Below are positions 1 through 12,221 of a stretch of DNA of 64,000 nucleotides, piece after piece (position 1 is the first letter of the stretch; each line of letters starts with the position of its first letter). The translations under genes and the position numbers were made by a program. Under the pieces are notes generated by a model. That model saw nothing but the letters and a program-made list of their open reading frames with translations. It ran no database searches and was not told the origin of the DNA. This DNA is from Octopus sinensis. Its lineage: Eukaryota. The DNA lies in contig NC_042999.1 in the NCBI RefSeq assembly GCF_006345805.1, forward strand, positions 93,496,001 to 93,560,000, in the 5' to 3' direction.

Positions 1-75
1 AACACCGGACTAAATGTGTTGTGGTATTTCGTCCGTTTTTACGTTTTGTGTTCAAATTCCACTGAGGCCAACTTT
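1..75 (+). mobile_element. SINE family A fragment, cut by the window start
   Basis: GGTATTTCGTCCGTTTTTACGTTTTGTGTTCAAATTCCACTGAGGCCAACTTT matches the copies at 20629, 20941, 43178 and 60884. Confidence 0.7.
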
Positions 76-1340
76 CTGCCGAAATATTATTATTGTTACT
101 GTTGTTCTTGTTACAATGGCGTGCATTATACAATGTGAATACAATTGTAATAATGATGTTGACATTTTCTACTTCTTTTCTCCAACGTCTGTATTCCTGC
201 CTAATTAAAAACGAAACAGTTTGAACAGTGACACGTTCTTAAATAGGAAACGTTGAATATTGTTCACTAGTTTGCGTTTCCTGTGCCTTATCATTATGCA
301 TGACAATGAGTTAATTGTATACCACATACTCGTTCACTGATCTAATGCTATCGTAAACTGATCTTAAACTGCATTTCGGTGTCGTTGCAGAAATTATGTT
401 ACTACTTCGAAAAAGTATCTGGGATCTTTCACTTTTGGTGAGCCGTAATATAAGAATATGGAATCTTGTTTCGTGTTGCATAGATTGTGCTGTTTATTTT
501 GTTGTGTCTAGCGTTACTATCGCGTTACGTCTGTTTATCTTGCAGAATATGCTCGATGTCTTATTTTTGGCATACTTCATTTGGTTTTATTTGTTTTCAA
601 TACTTATGTATTTGTTATTTAAATATCAGCCTATTTTGGGACGATATGTCGAGCTGTCTGCTTTGACATGTTTGGTTTTATGTATGTGTTCATAAAATTC
701 TACCGAGAGTAAGACAAATCTCACTCTATAGTTTGAAGAAAGGAATGACAAAGTTTAAAATGTATATACCATTATGTACAAAAATGATGAGCTGATCATC
801 ATCTCAATGCATTTGTGCATACATTTGTTTGATCACAACCATGCAAGAATTAAGGAAGAAAACAATAAAAATGATGACAAATGTAATTGCAATAAATTAA
901 CTGTAGTAAGAAGATGAATTTACAAGATTGATTTTAGAATATTATCGATTTTAACACCAAATCGACTTAGGTGGAAATTTCTGGATTTACTATAATGTTT
1001 ACAACTAGTGTGTCTCGCTAACTAGTGCTGCTATTTGGCCGATACTGGGATTCTGTAGTACGGTACAATATCCACGTACTCTCAGGTGTAGCCAGTCGAA
1101 ATAGTAACTGATGTCAGTCACCGTATAATACAGTTTTTCAACTTTTAGGATAACGCTAGTGAGGCAGAGAGGTCTGATAGTTTACAATATACCTACACCC
1201 AAATTTGCATACTGATAGGACTTCTCCTCAAATCCTGACAGACCATATCTCTCTCTCTCTTTTTCGACTCCTCTCTCTCTCTCTCTCTCTCTCTCGACGT
1301 TTGCTAATGAATGAAACGTAAACAAGAGCAACAATTAGAA

Positions 1341-1734
1341 TACTCTTTTACTCTTTTACTTGTTTCAGTCATTTGACTGCGGCCATGCTGGAGCACCGCT
1401 TTTAGTCGAGCAAATCGACCCCAGGACTTATTCTTTGTAAGCGTAGTACTTATTCTATTGGTCTCTTTTGCCGAACCGCTAAGTTACGGAGATCTAAACA
1501 CACCAGCACCGGTTGCCATGCGGACGAATACAGACACACACACATACACACACACGCACACACACACACACACACACACACCGATATATATTCCGTCTAC
1601 TAAATCCACTCACAAGGCTTTGGTCGGTCCGAGGCTATATTAGAAGCCACTTGCCCAACGTTCAACGCAGTGGGACTGAACCCAGAGCCATGTGGTTGGT
1701 AAGCAAGTTACTTACCACACAGCCACTTCTGCGC
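1341..1734 (-). mobile_element. SINE family B (tRNA-related head, CORE-like segment, internal (TG)n, (AAGAGTA)n tail), near complete
   Basis: Minus strand has an A-box-like TGGCTGTGTGG and a B-box-like GGTTCAGTCCC, an internal CA/TG tract at ~1530-1580, and a tail ending GAAACAAGTAAAAGAGTAAAAGAGTA. Homologous to 2493, 27985, 28656 and 39175. Confidence 0.8.
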
Positions 1735-2492
1735 ATGAGACAATAAAAATAATTACAAAATTACAATCACAAAGCAGACAATAAAGACAATTACAATATA
1801 ATTCTGAATAACAATAACTATTTCAACCGAGTACAGATGGATTTCAACGCGGTTCTATGTCTTTGCATTAAAATCTTTTACAGTTCAGTTTCCCATGTAA
1901 AAATTAATACATAACTGGATAGTATACTCCTAGGTGCACAATGACTGAAAATGCTATCACAGTATGATTTGCTTAATCAATATTAACGTAGTGATCCTCA
2001 TCTTCTTCATTCTCTTCTAAAACCACCAGCACCAGTACCACCAGCCCCAGCACAACCAGCACTACCAGCACCAGCATCAGCACCACCAGCACACAACAAC
2101 AAGAGTAATGACAATAATAGAGTGAATGTAAAGATCCGGAACAGTAGCAGCCTTTATGATTAATGTATGAATAACGCATGGAAATATCTATGTCGTCATC
2201 TAATGCCCTAGAAACAGTAGCAAATTGCTCTCAAATTACAATATCTTCTTTCTTAAAATTAATGGAAATACACATTGGATACTACGCGCATATATTTTTA
2301 TTTACTTTGCACTTGCGGTTACGGTAGTAACGAAACATACACAGACATACTATATAGTAAAGAAATAAAATAATATTTTTACGATTGGTGCTCAGATGTC
2401 TGCCCTGATTGACGCTTTTAAAAAAATATATAATTTTAAATATTAGTAATATTTGCAATATTTATTAAAATTAAATAGGAATTTTATCATTA

Positions 2493-2653
2493 GGCGCAGG
2501 CGTGGCAGTATGGTAAGAAGCGTGCTTCTCGTCTACATGGTTCCGGGTTCAGTCCCACTGCGTGGTAACTCGGGCAACTGTTTTCCACTATAGCCTCGGG
2601 CCAACCAAAACCTAGTGTGAGGATGTGGTAGACGGAAACTGAAAGAAACCCGT
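2493..2653 (+). mobile_element. SINE family B 5' head followed by (TA)n
   Basis: GGCGCAGGCGTGGCAGTATGGTAAG...GGTTCAGTCCCACTGCGTGG...GTAGACGGAAACTGAAAGAAACCCGT, homologous to 1590-1734 (-). Confidence 0.8.
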
Positions 2654-2663
2654 AATACCTATA

Positions 2664-2731
<68 letters not shown>

Positions 2732-2967
2732 TAAGGGTAGAAATTGATATTTATCAATTAAAACCAGTGGTCTAGCATATTAAAAAAGAATCCGAAATTA
2801 AAATATTTATATTTACCAATTAAGGACTGAACACGAAAAGTGGACAGTCAACATGCTAGATATAGACGTCAAACCGCCATTCTCCACAAAAGATTATGTT
2901 CTCAAATCAAACTCAGCACAAAACCAAAACAATAAACAAGTGAAAATATACGAAATAAAATAATTAC

Positions 2968-3031
2968 CCATGTACTGATCAGTTTCGGTTATTATTATCC
3001 GCAAGGATAACTGTAGCATTCATCAGCATGG
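2968..3031 (-). ncRNA. Type I hammerhead ribozyme motif (minimal, palindromic stem III)
   Basis: CCAUG-CUGAUGA-[stem II with UUAUCC/GGAUAA]-GAAA-CUGAUCAG-UA-CAUGG. Stem III palindrome ACUGAUCAGU, GUA cleavage triplet. Base of stem II is mismatched. Confidence 0.7.
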
Positions 3032-3269
3032 CCCGTTATAAATGCAATTTGCTGGACTAGATGCAAAAACGATACCGGAGTATCGCGTGCATGGAATTCA
3101 ACCTATTACATTCGAATGTATCTTTCAAATGCCTTTACTTTGGCGTGTTGAGACCCGAAAAAACCAGCCTGCAGCTAATAATTAGCAGCAGTCAATTTAC
3201 CGGTTAGAGAACATTTATTTATATAAAATTAATTAAGGGTAGAAATTGATATTTATCAATTAAAACGGG

Positions 3270-3333
3270 CCATGCTGATGAATGCTACAGTTATCCTTGC
3301 GGATAATAATAGCCGAAACTGATCAGTACATGG
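3270..3333 (+). ncRNA. Type I hammerhead ribozyme motif (inverted copy of 2968-3031)
   Basis: Stem I CCATG 3270-74/CATGG 3329-33; CTGATGA 3275-81; GCTA/TAGC and TTATCC/GGATAA in stem II; GAAA 3315-18; palindrome ACTGATCAGT 3318-27; predicted cleavage after A3328. Confidence 0.75.
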
Positions 3334-3395
3334 GTAATTATTTTATTTCGTATATTTTCACTTGTTTATTGCTTTGGTTTTGTGCTGAGTTTGAT

Positions 3396-3480
3396 AAGCC
3401 CTGGAGTCCATTTGTTCGACTAAAGGCGGTGCTCCAGCATGGCCACTGTCAAATGACTGAAAGAAGTAAAAAGATAAAAG
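3396..3480 (+). mobile_element. SINE family B / CR1-type 3' tail fragment
   Basis: CGACTAAAGGCGGTGCTCCAGCATGGCCACTGTCAAATGACTGAAAGAAGTAAAAAG matches the reverse complement of 1341-1420. Confidence 0.75.
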
Positions 3481-3552
3481 ATTTATTCTTATTATCATTA
3501 CTTTGATTTGGTTCAGGTTTGGTCTTATTCCTGGTAGAATTTAGGTGAATAG

Positions 3553-3650
3553 TGGGTTACTACCTGTAGCCTTAGGTGCACAACAAGTTTACAGCAGCTG
3601 TTCAAGTGCTAAGGAACCTCCTGATAATTCTCACTGTCCCTAAGAGACAA
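3553..3650 (-). mobile_element. Short R4/Dong-type LINE 3'-end fragment
   Basis: Reverse complement resembles 8270-8345 (ATTATCAGGAG...AAACTTGT...TAAGG(T/C)TACAGGTAGTAACCC). Confidence 0.45.
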
Positions 3651-3720
3651 ACTTTCTGTAGGAGCTCTCCCGGGCATTCTACTTCACTCTCCTTCAGTCA
3701 TTTGTCTAAACATCGCATAA

Positions 3721-4015
3721 CATTGCAGGTGGGGTCCAGTTAGGATTCTCTTCAGGTCGAGTAGCTACATCCTACTCAAAAGGACCCTGAATAAGGGTTA
3801 TTTAAAATAAATGAATAAAACACCAATGTTCCCAGAAGGAAATTAGGAAAACTCAAAGAATTCCTCTCAAGACATGGTTATGATGCGCCCCCACTACACC
3901 TGCTCATGCTCATATATGCATATATCGTAAGCCACTAAAGGACATGCTCAAATGGTTAAGGTCAATCAACCGACAAGCAAATCTGTGGAACTGAACAGAA
4001 TTTTTCTGTAGCCTA
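3721..4015 (+). repeat. Unclassified interspersed repeat family C
   Basis: TGCAGGTGGGGTCCAGTT...TTCAGGTCGAGT...CCCTGAATAAGG is shared with 54745 (+) and 47810-47890 (-). GACAAGCAAATCTGTGG is shared with 47614-47645 (-). Confidence 0.6.
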
Positions 4016-4155
4016 CTCTCTATGTCATGGTTGCACAGAATCATAAAATCCCATACGATCTTTGCATTATCATGTTCAATGATGACTTCGGGTTTATGTT
4101 CGTACCACTCTTTTTTCTGTCAACACTATATTTGTTGCAAATGTCCAATAGACAT

Positions 4156-4178
4156 TATTATCATCATCACCATCATCG

Positions 4179-4212
<34 letters not shown>

Positions 4213-4245
4213 TATCATTATCATCATCACCATCACCATCATTTT
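4156..4245. repeat. (CAT)n microsatellite
   Basis: Direct reading of the sequence. Confidence 0.95.
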
Positions 4246-4267
4246 CATTAGCATAATCTTTCAATTA

Positions 4268-5549
4268 CGAGGGGCGTTCAATAAGTAACGCCTCTGACCC
4301 ACTTGCCTTTGTTTGATCTAGCTGAAATTTTGCATGTGCAATTATTGATATCTCTATAGATTAAGCAGCAAATTACAGCTCCGAACTAATTGTGGTTTCT
4401 GATTAACAGGTGTTTGAAATGAGTCAAGTGGGAAATGGAGCATGTTGAGTGTCGAGCAGTGATCCGGTTTTTTTATTTGAAATGACGCACACCACAGGAG
4501 ACTTTTAATGAAATGAAAGTAACTTATGGTGATGATGCCCCATCATATGACCTTGTAAAACGCTGGCATCGTGAATTCAAACATGGTCGGAACTCTGTGG
4601 AAATAGCTCCCAGATCTGGTCGCACGCCTTCTGCCATTGATGAGGCATCTGTCCGTCAAGTTGAGGCTGCCATTTTGGAAGATCGACGCATAACTATTCG
4701 CCAAATAGCCCATGAGGTCAAGATTAGTACCGGGTCTGTGGAAACTATCATTCATAACCATTTGCATATGCAAAAGGTGTCTGCCAGATGGATTTCCAGG
4801 TTGCTCACACTTTTCCAGAAGCAAGAACGCAAGAATTCCAGAAGCAAGAATTTAGGGATGTGCCAAGAAGATGAGTCAAAATTTTTCAAAAGACTGATTA
4901 CACAGGATGAGACCTGGGTCCATCCAGAGACCAAAGCCCAGTCAATGCAGTGGAAGCACCATGACTCACCTCCTCCAAAGAAGGCAAGGGTGCAGCCCTC
5001 CGCTGGCAAGGTCATGCTCACAATCTTCTGGGACCAGGACGGAGTAGTGATGACAGATTTCCTGGCAAAGGGTACCACAATTACAGGAGCCTATCATGTT
5101 TCACTTTTGAGGAAATTAAGAGAAGCTATCGAAACCAAGAGGCGGGGCAAGATCAGCAAAGCATCCTCCTCCTGCAGGACAACGCTCCGGTCCACAACTC
5201 GCGTGTCGCCAGATCAGAAGCACAGGCGTGCGGCTATGAACTCTTCCGCAATCCCCCTACACTCCTGACCTTGCACCTTCTGATTTTCACCTCTTCCCAG
5301 CCATGAAGTTGTTTTTGAAAGGAAAGCGTTTCCCAGATGATGCAGCCTTGATTTCTGAAGTCACGTCGTGGTTGGAGGACCAAGCTGGGGTCTTCTACGA
5401 AAACGGTCTCCAGAACTGCATCAAACGATGGGAGAAATGCGTAACTCTGGGTTGTTCCTATGTAGAAAAAGACTAATACCTGTGCCAAGTTTCGTTGCTC
5501 TACTGCTATGGGAAGTGGGTCAGGGGCATTACTTATTGAACGCCCCTCG
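4268..5549 (+). mobile_element. Full-length mariner (Tc1/mariner) DNA transposon
   Basis: 37-bp TIRs at 4268-4304 and 5513-5549 (35/37 match), TA target duplication at 4266-67 and 5550-51, 1282 bp long. Confidence 0.95.
4435..5476 (+). pseudogene. Mariner transposase pseudogene (DD34D-type)
   Basis: MEHVECRAVIRFFYLK, in-frame TGA at 4483, SARWI, TQDETW, GKVMLTIFWD, then frameshifts before LLQDNAPVH and (Y)SPDLAPSDFHLF, ending YVEKD*. Confidence 0.92.
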
Positions 5550-5827
5550 TATGTTTCCATTTCTAGCAGAGTGTCTTCCTGACACCTAGAGCAGAGAAAC
5601 GTACTGTATACATTGGTAGGCCATTAAAACAAGCACACCAGATTGTTAATTTACAGAGTCATGTGATAGAGAAAAAGGAAATAATAAAAAATAGAAGAGT
5701 AAACAAATAAAATAAAGGGGGAAAATAAAGAAAACTTACAGCGACAGTACTCTTCTCTGTACGTGTGGCGTACCAGTTAAGACAATCTTTTGCACTTACT
5801 GCATGGACAGGTTAGCTTGCGAAGTTA

Positions 5828-6090
5828 AGCAGTTGTGGTCGAGGAAAAAGGTATCAGTAGTACTAATAGTTGTCGGTGCCCTGGGAACATTGAACAAAAA
5901 TCTCCAGATGTACGTGGAACAAATAGGGGCTGCAATAAGGGTGGAGCACTTGTAGAAAACAGCACTGCTTGGAACCGCTCGAATACTCCGGAAGGTGCTC
6001 GAAAGATAAGAGGTGTTACCTTAGTTCACTGGTAGTGAACAGCTGACATTGTATGTAATACATCTCCAGCGTTAGAAGCTGTGCAAGGCA
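5828..6090 (+). mobile_element. R4/Dong-type LINE 3' end (family shared with 47260-47510 and 55160-55290)
   Basis: VVGALG...EHL(Q)KT ALLGTARILRKVLE* remnant and 3' UTR GGTGTTACCTTAGTTCACTGGTAGTGAACAGCTGAC...GAAGCTGTGCAAGG, near-identical to 47400-47510. Confidence 0.8.
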
Positions 6091-7149
6091 CAGAGATAGA
6101 CATACAAGAAACAAACACAGAAAAAGCTAGGCGCATGAAAACCCGTGCCAAAACTGCGGCCTTAGATATTCTGAATAATAAATGGCAAGAAAAACCTCTC
6201 TATGGCAAATACCCAAAGAGAGTGAATAATGCAGATATCGACAAAGCCCTGACCCATCAATGGCTAATGGCCTTAAAATCTGAAACAGAGGGGTTTATCA
6301 TAGCAGCTCAAGATCAATGCCTACCAACAAGAAACTACCAGGCCAACATATTAAAGAACGGCAGTAGCCCAACATGTCGTGTATGCCGACAACAAAATGA
6401 AACCATTGACCATGTTGTCTCCAAATGCAGTCTTCTAGCGCCTACAGAGTACCTCAGTAGGCATGATAGAGCAGCACAATATATTCACTGGGTAATTTGC
6501 AAAAACCTGGATTTGCCCCATGAAAAAAACTGGTGGGAATACAATCCACTTCCTGTGCTTGAAAATGACCACATCTCACTTCTCTGGAACTTCACCATTC
6601 AAACTGACAGGAATATAGATGCAAATAGGCCAGACATCATATTGAAAGACTTCAGACAAAGAACATGCCTCCTCATTGATATGACTGTCCCAATCGATAT
6701 AAACGTATCTGTCAAGACCTACCAAAAACTGAGCAAATATAAAGATCTTGAAATAGAAATCAGCAAAATGTGGAAGCTGAAGACTAAAACAATACCTGTT
6801 GTCATAGGTGCCCTGGGAATGATAGCGAAAGGGACTGATTGCTACCTAACTCAGATACCAGGAAACCCCAAAATGGCAGAAATTCAAAAGATAGTGCTCA
6901 TGGGAACTGCTCTTATCCTACGCAAAATACTCCTCTATGTAATCCCAAGGTTTAAAACAAACTTTTTTTATGTTCATTTTTTTCTTTTATTTGTTTATTT
7001 TTTATTATTATGTATTAGACATTCACTAGTACAACAACAAAAAAAAAAAAAAACCAAATATATGGTTCTAACCTGTTGTCTCTTGAGGTCTCTGGGTGAG
7101 ACTTGGAGCCAACTTGTACAGACATAAAGCAAAAGTCAAACATAGAATG

Positions 7150-7165
<16 letters not shown>
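6091..7165 (+). mobile_element. 5'-truncated R4/Dong-type non-LTR retrotransposon (CCHC zinc knuckle plus restriction-like endonuclease)
   Basis: ORF 6081-~6925: LKSETEGFIIAAQDQ, CRVC...ETIDHVVSKC, RHD, NRPDII...IDMTVP...KLSKYKDL, PVVIGALG, GTALILRK. 3' UTR ends in (AAT)n at ~7150-7180. Confidence 0.9.
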
Positions 7166-7179
<14 letters not shown>

Positions 7180-7181
<2 letters not shown>

Positions 7182-7362
7182 CCCTTCTACTATAGGCACA
7201 ATGCCTGAAATTTTGGGGGAGGGTACTAGTGGATTACATTTACCCCTATGTTTCGCCGGTACATAATTCGTCGACCCCGAAAGGATGAAAGACAAAATCA
7301 ACTTCGAAATGCCGCTCGACATTTCCTCTATTGTGCCAATAATTATGCTAGCTCACCGCCTT
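7180..7362 (-). mobile_element. SINE family A copy flanked by (AAT)n on both sides
   Basis: CGACCCCGAAAGGATGAAAG...GCTAGCTCACCGCCTT is the reverse complement of the head/body seen at 20941. Confidence 0.7.
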
Positions 7363-7409
7363 AATAATACCGATAATTATAATAATAATTATAATAATAT
7401 GGGGGTTCG

Positions 7410-7920
7410 AGCTCTAGACAACTTCGTCTGGGATGTTCTGATCTGAAACCAAACAAATACAAATATAGCCACGATAATGGAACATATGTAAACACTACAA
7501 AATCATACTTACTGGTATAATCATCATCCTCAGCCAGTCGTTGAAGGCAGAAATGTCGCTATCCTCTGGGATTTTCCAGTCAACACTGACAGAACGACCC
7601 CGTCTAATAAACCAGGCACAATTATTAAAGACGGAGAAGAATATGCTTGTAGACTAACAGATGTAACAGATGATAAAAAAATTATCTGTAAATATTTTGA
7701 CAAATTAAGTAAATAAATATAAGGACCGGGAAATTGGAATACAAAATATGTGATATCATAAAGCGAGAACTGTTCCTGTTATTGTGGGTGCCTTTGGTAT
7801 GATGTGAAAGAGATCTTAGAAAGATCTTGATAATATCTTAGGAGAACCATGTCTCAGAGATATCCAAAAGATTATTAGACAAATAGTGTCCACATCCTTA
7901 GAAAAACCCTATCAACTTAA
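7410..7920 (+). mobile_element. Degenerate R4/Dong-type LINE 3' fragment
   Basis: Remnants ILWDFPVNTDRT..SNKP, KYKDxEIGIQNM, TVPVIVGAxG, HILRKTL with stops and frameshifts. Confidence 0.7.
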
Positions 7921-8084
7921 ATATCTGTGTTATATTACATTCAGATATTTCGCTATTGTCACTGTCACTTGCTCTCCCCAAGCTTTCAGTCATACGGTAA
8001 CATCTCTTACCCTTCACTCCCCCTAGGATGCTGGGTGTGTCTCGACGAGTGATTGCAACAAACACGCAGGTGAGAAGTAAATAA

Positions 8085-8450
8085 TAATAATAAAGATGAT
8101 TAAAACCAAGAAAAAATGCAATCTTTTAACATTTGATTTTGGAAGAATTTGGAGAATGAGAAGAGTAACGGCCATGCATATAATAACTGGTGTGATGGGA
8201 ACGGTAAGTAAAGATAAAAACAAAAACCTCAAGCTGATTGTAATAGAAAAATTGTCTCTTAGGAACTGCAAAGATTATCAGGAGCACTTGAAAGACAAGT
8301 GAAACTTGTGGATACGTAAGGTTACAGGTAGTAACCCGCTACACACATAATAATAATAATCTGGTGTCTTTCTTTTAATGACCTACCAATGTATACAGTG
8401 AGCTCCTCTGCCCTAGGTGCCAGGAAGACAATCGGCAAGAAGTGGAAACA
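8085..8450. mobile_element. Two small degenerate R4/Dong-type 3' fragments in opposite orientation
   Basis: 8085-8345 (+) encodes RIWRMRRVTAMHIITGVMGTV. 8350-8450 (-) matches 5575-5650 (+) (GTCTTCCTG(A/G)CACCTAG...TGTATACATTGGTAGG). Confidence 0.5.
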
Positions 8451-9699
8451 ATACTGAATGATGTTAATAATAACAATAATAATAATAATAATGACGATGA
8501 TGATATAATAATTTATGATTTCCTCCTCAAGGCACATACGTCAATAGTTGAAGGGTAGGAAAATAGGATTCTTAATCAAATTATTCAAACTATAATACTA
8601 ACGCATGTTATATTCACTCCGATGTTACGAAAATATCACATGCTGCAGGACAGATTCCAATTCATGCATAATTATGGGCAATCGATAATATAAATGACTG
8701 GACAAGTAGGGGACACCACAGAAGTTATAATAGGGAAAGTTGTCAAAACGGAGAATACTCGTCTCCAATCTATACGCCTTAGCAAGCAACTAAATTTAGC
8801 CTTCAACATTTAAGTGAACATACGACATTTACAGTCTGCCTATGGTCTTCGCAAGATCGAGATATTTCTATACTTCAGTAACAATATATGAAACAAACGA
8901 CCGCTGCTTCCATTTCAAAGTTAAATTTCATATCTATGGACTTAACATTATAAAACTGGTCGACAATCCGACCGGTACCGCTAAAACAGTTTCTTGAGTC
9001 GTTAGTCTAGTACACTATAGGTTCGGTTATCTATCCTATACGCGTGAAATATAATTCTTTTGAAATCTGTTTATATACACAGAAATCATGTTGTAATATA
9101 AGATGAGTTGTCTCGCCGTCTATTTGGACAACTTTCTGTTTAAATTTGGTATCTAACGATCGACAATGTGGCTTCAGACTAGAACATGATACATAATAAG
9201 AGTAGCAGAAATTATTATATAGCTTTATAAGTATCGGATAGCTAGCTACACATCTTTTGAATTGTTCAACGGCCTGTTAAAACATTAGACGGCTTTATTT
9301 CTTTAATATAAAGATATTCTCCGTTTACAGTCAATGATAGAATATTGATTGGAAGAAAAAAAATCTCTTCATAATTTCACTGTAGAAGAGTGACGAAGAC
9401 ACTCGTACAGACACATACAGATATAGAAACAGGTATACACCCAATATGCGCGCGTGTGTTTGTGTATGTATAGTTTTTCTAACTTTTCTCCGTGTATGTG
9501 TATATATATATATATGTATATATATAGAGAGGTGCATACACAAATACATATATTTTAGAGAGAGAATGGTGGGATGTGAAAGCCAAATAAATGAATGATC
9601 GAATGAATAAATCATAAAAGTAATGACGCTACTACTACTACTACTACTACTGATGGTGGTGGTGATGATTATGATAATGATGATGACGAGGTGTCTATT

Positions 9700-9775
9700 A
9701 CAAAGAAAGCGTTCATAAATTGGTAGCCCTTATGCATAAATTCGATGACAAAAATATGAAGATAGAAGTATATAT
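9700..9775 (+). mobile_element. Possible mariner transposase C-terminal remnant
   Basis: YKESVHKLVALx.K...KN.D.IE resembles the mariner C-terminus. Short and weak. Confidence 0.3.
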
Positions 9776-11112
9776 TTTACAAATAGAAGATAGAAGTATA
9801 TATTATACAAATAAATGATTATAAAGACCTCCTAATGCAAATAAACCTCTAACTAAGGCAAATCGAGGAATCTGTCGGATGGAAGGTCGCAATGTTCATT
9901 CTCCAGCCTCATAGTGCATTCAGTATTTTGATATATTTACTATTGCAATTTATCTTTCTGGTTCCGATTTTAAACAATTTTTAGAAAGAGTCGACATTCC
10001 TCTCAATTGCCGCTTCCTTTTTAAAATGACACTTGAGTACGTCATTGAATATGTGGCCATACATGAAATTGTCCCTTCTCATATCTTTCAGACTCATCGA
10101 TAACATAGGCATTCCAACAATAGCCGTCAAGCAAAGAGAAATAGGTTTCCCTTTATTGTTATAGAAAAGTCCCAGAATATTCTTCGTGATGGACTCAAAC
10201 AATAACAGAATAATATTCACAATGGATTGGCTGCGTTGGTGATAACAGCTTTTGCACAACGCTTCATAAGTCAGAAATTTCTGAATATTGATAAGTCGTA
10301 ATACCTGGATGTGCAAATTCATCCAATAAACTACACCGTAACAATGTTATAGCACTACAAAAACTAAATCAATAACAAACACGTAACAAACTTATATCTT
10401 CTCAACGACTGCCTTCACAAATGCGATTGCACACACCACACTATTCCTTGCATTGTCAGTACGCACGCGCCATTATAAGATTTAGGACATTTCGCCTACT
10501 GTCCCACAGGAGTGTCAGGATTTTACCACAACATCTCCCGTTTTTGAGCTTCAATCTCCTTGGAAGTTAATATTTTTCTTTCCTTTATTATATATTTATT
10601 ACCACCTCTCCACGCTTTTTTCTACTTAATTCCCCGATATGAAATTGGAATATTTTTTCGTTTTGGCTCTACATGCAAATGTTCTGTTTGTTTTCTTTTC
10701 TTAGTCGACGTACTCGTTGGTTCGACTATTCCTTGAGGCACCGGGGCGTCACAAATATCATAAAGAAATTCCATTGGTTCTTCATTTCTTATTCTTTCTT
10801 CCGGAAACCGTTTTTTCAGCTGGTTTAAATGTATTTTGTGGTCCTACGTACGACATTTTACCATGTATGTTATATTTCCTAAACGTTCATTTATTATACC
10901 TTTTTTCTAACTTTCCTTTCCATTTCTGTATATTTAAAAAAAACACATTGTCACTGATTTTTCAAGTATTTTATCTTATTTTCGATGTTTCTCTCTATTT
11001 TTTCTTTTCTTCCCGGTAGTAATTTGTCAAATACTGACTTGACATCCCTGCCGAACTTTTATCCCAAAAGGAAGACGATTGAATTCATATAAACCTTTAT
11101 GGGTGTTTATCA

Positions 11113-11295
11113 TTAATAATTTCGAACATTCCTCCTCGACTTGTAACTGTTAGTACACTTTCGACGAATCCAACTTTGAAAATTCTTTCCTCTATTGAAT
11201 TTCGCAAAACTTTCCTCCGGATTTGGTAATGGGTAATTGTATGTCATCAAACATTCGTTCAAAGCTGGTCTTACGTTCGATTTTTCCACATCCAA
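11113..11295 (-). pseudogene. Gypsy reverse transcriptase N-terminal fragment
   Basis: LNECLMTYNYPLPNPEESFAKFNRGK matches the Gypsy RT YPLP..EDIFA.L.GGK motif. Confidence 0.75.
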
Positions 11296-11390
11296 AATAT
11301 TTTAGATTTTTAAAAGGACAATTTCTTTTAAAATGTATTTTTTAACACCCATAGCATGGTTTGGGTATTGACTGTTGTTTTTCTTTCTTG

Positions 11391-12221
11391 TTATCTGTTA
11401 CAGGCCGATTTGTAAGAATATTTTAATTTTTCTGCGTCCTGTCGTAAATTTATAATTCTTTGGCATTCTTCAGCCACTGCCTGTAGAGTTGATTTTGAAA
11501 TTTGTTCTAGTTTTATCAATATCCGAGCCCATATCTTTGCATCTTTGCTTGCAGTTAATACTCGTACAAAGATTAGACATTTGGAGATGTCCGGGATTAA
11601 TTCGTTTAGATTTAATTTTTCATATTCTCTGTTTACGATTCCGGCATACGTGACGATATCTTCAGTTCCTTGTTTTTCAAACACAATCACTCCCAGCAAA
11701 TATTAAATTGTGAACTTCTCTCACTGAATATTTTAGATAACAGTTTAATTGTTTCTTCGAAACAAATTTCGGATGGTTTTATTGACAGGGTGTAATACTT
11801 TTCATGTTCTGCGGGTGATAACTTCCTTAAAAGAAGTCATACCTTCTTTTCGTCCATCCAGTTTCTACATTCTACTTTAAAGATTACTTCATACATTCTG
11901 AAGTATTCAGAAAACGTAATCACTTCTTGATTGTAAGTAAATTCTTCAAATGAATTAGCAACCCCGTCTGCCGAAATCGAAGATGAAATGTTTTGGGGCT
12001 GCAACAATAATTCAGACAACTGTCGATTTTTCTGTTGTTGTAGTTACTGTTGTACTTCTTGTTGCTGTTTCTGGTGTTCTTGTTGCTGTGGTAGTCGTCA
12101 TTGCAACTGCTGCTGCTGTAGTCGTCATTGCAACTGTTGCTGCTGTCTGTTCGTCTTCTTGTAGTTTCAGTTGCAACTGTACCACAGAAGCTAATAGGTC
12201 TTCCATGCTAAGAACGTCCAC
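11391..12221 (-). pseudogene. Gypsy gag remnant (K02A2.6-like)
   Basis: VANSFEEFTYNQEVITFSEYFRMYEVIF, W.DEKKV, TYAGIVNREYE, KCLIFVRVLTASKDAKIWARILIKLEQ, LQAVAEECQRIINLRQD; frameshifted. Confidence 0.8.

Larger units (their letters stand above)
2721..3395. mobile_element. Composite non-coding insertion: 44-bp direct repeats plus 132-bp inverted repeats carrying hammerhead motifs (PLE pLTR-like or retrozyme-like)
   Basis: Identical 44-mer at 2721-2764 and 3223-3266. 2906-3037 is the reverse complement of 3264-3395 (2 mismatches). Abuts (TA)n on the left. Confidence 0.8.

Noticed and set aside
4513-5268. ORF as a functional SETMAR-like or domesticated transposase gene
   Set aside because: It lies within TIRs with a TA TSD, has an upstream in-frame stop and downstream frameshifts, and there is no SET domain.
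9981-10322. 113-aa ORF faintly like a GPCR helix 7/8 region
   Set aside because: No recognisable conserved motif or further transmembrane segments; needs a profile search.
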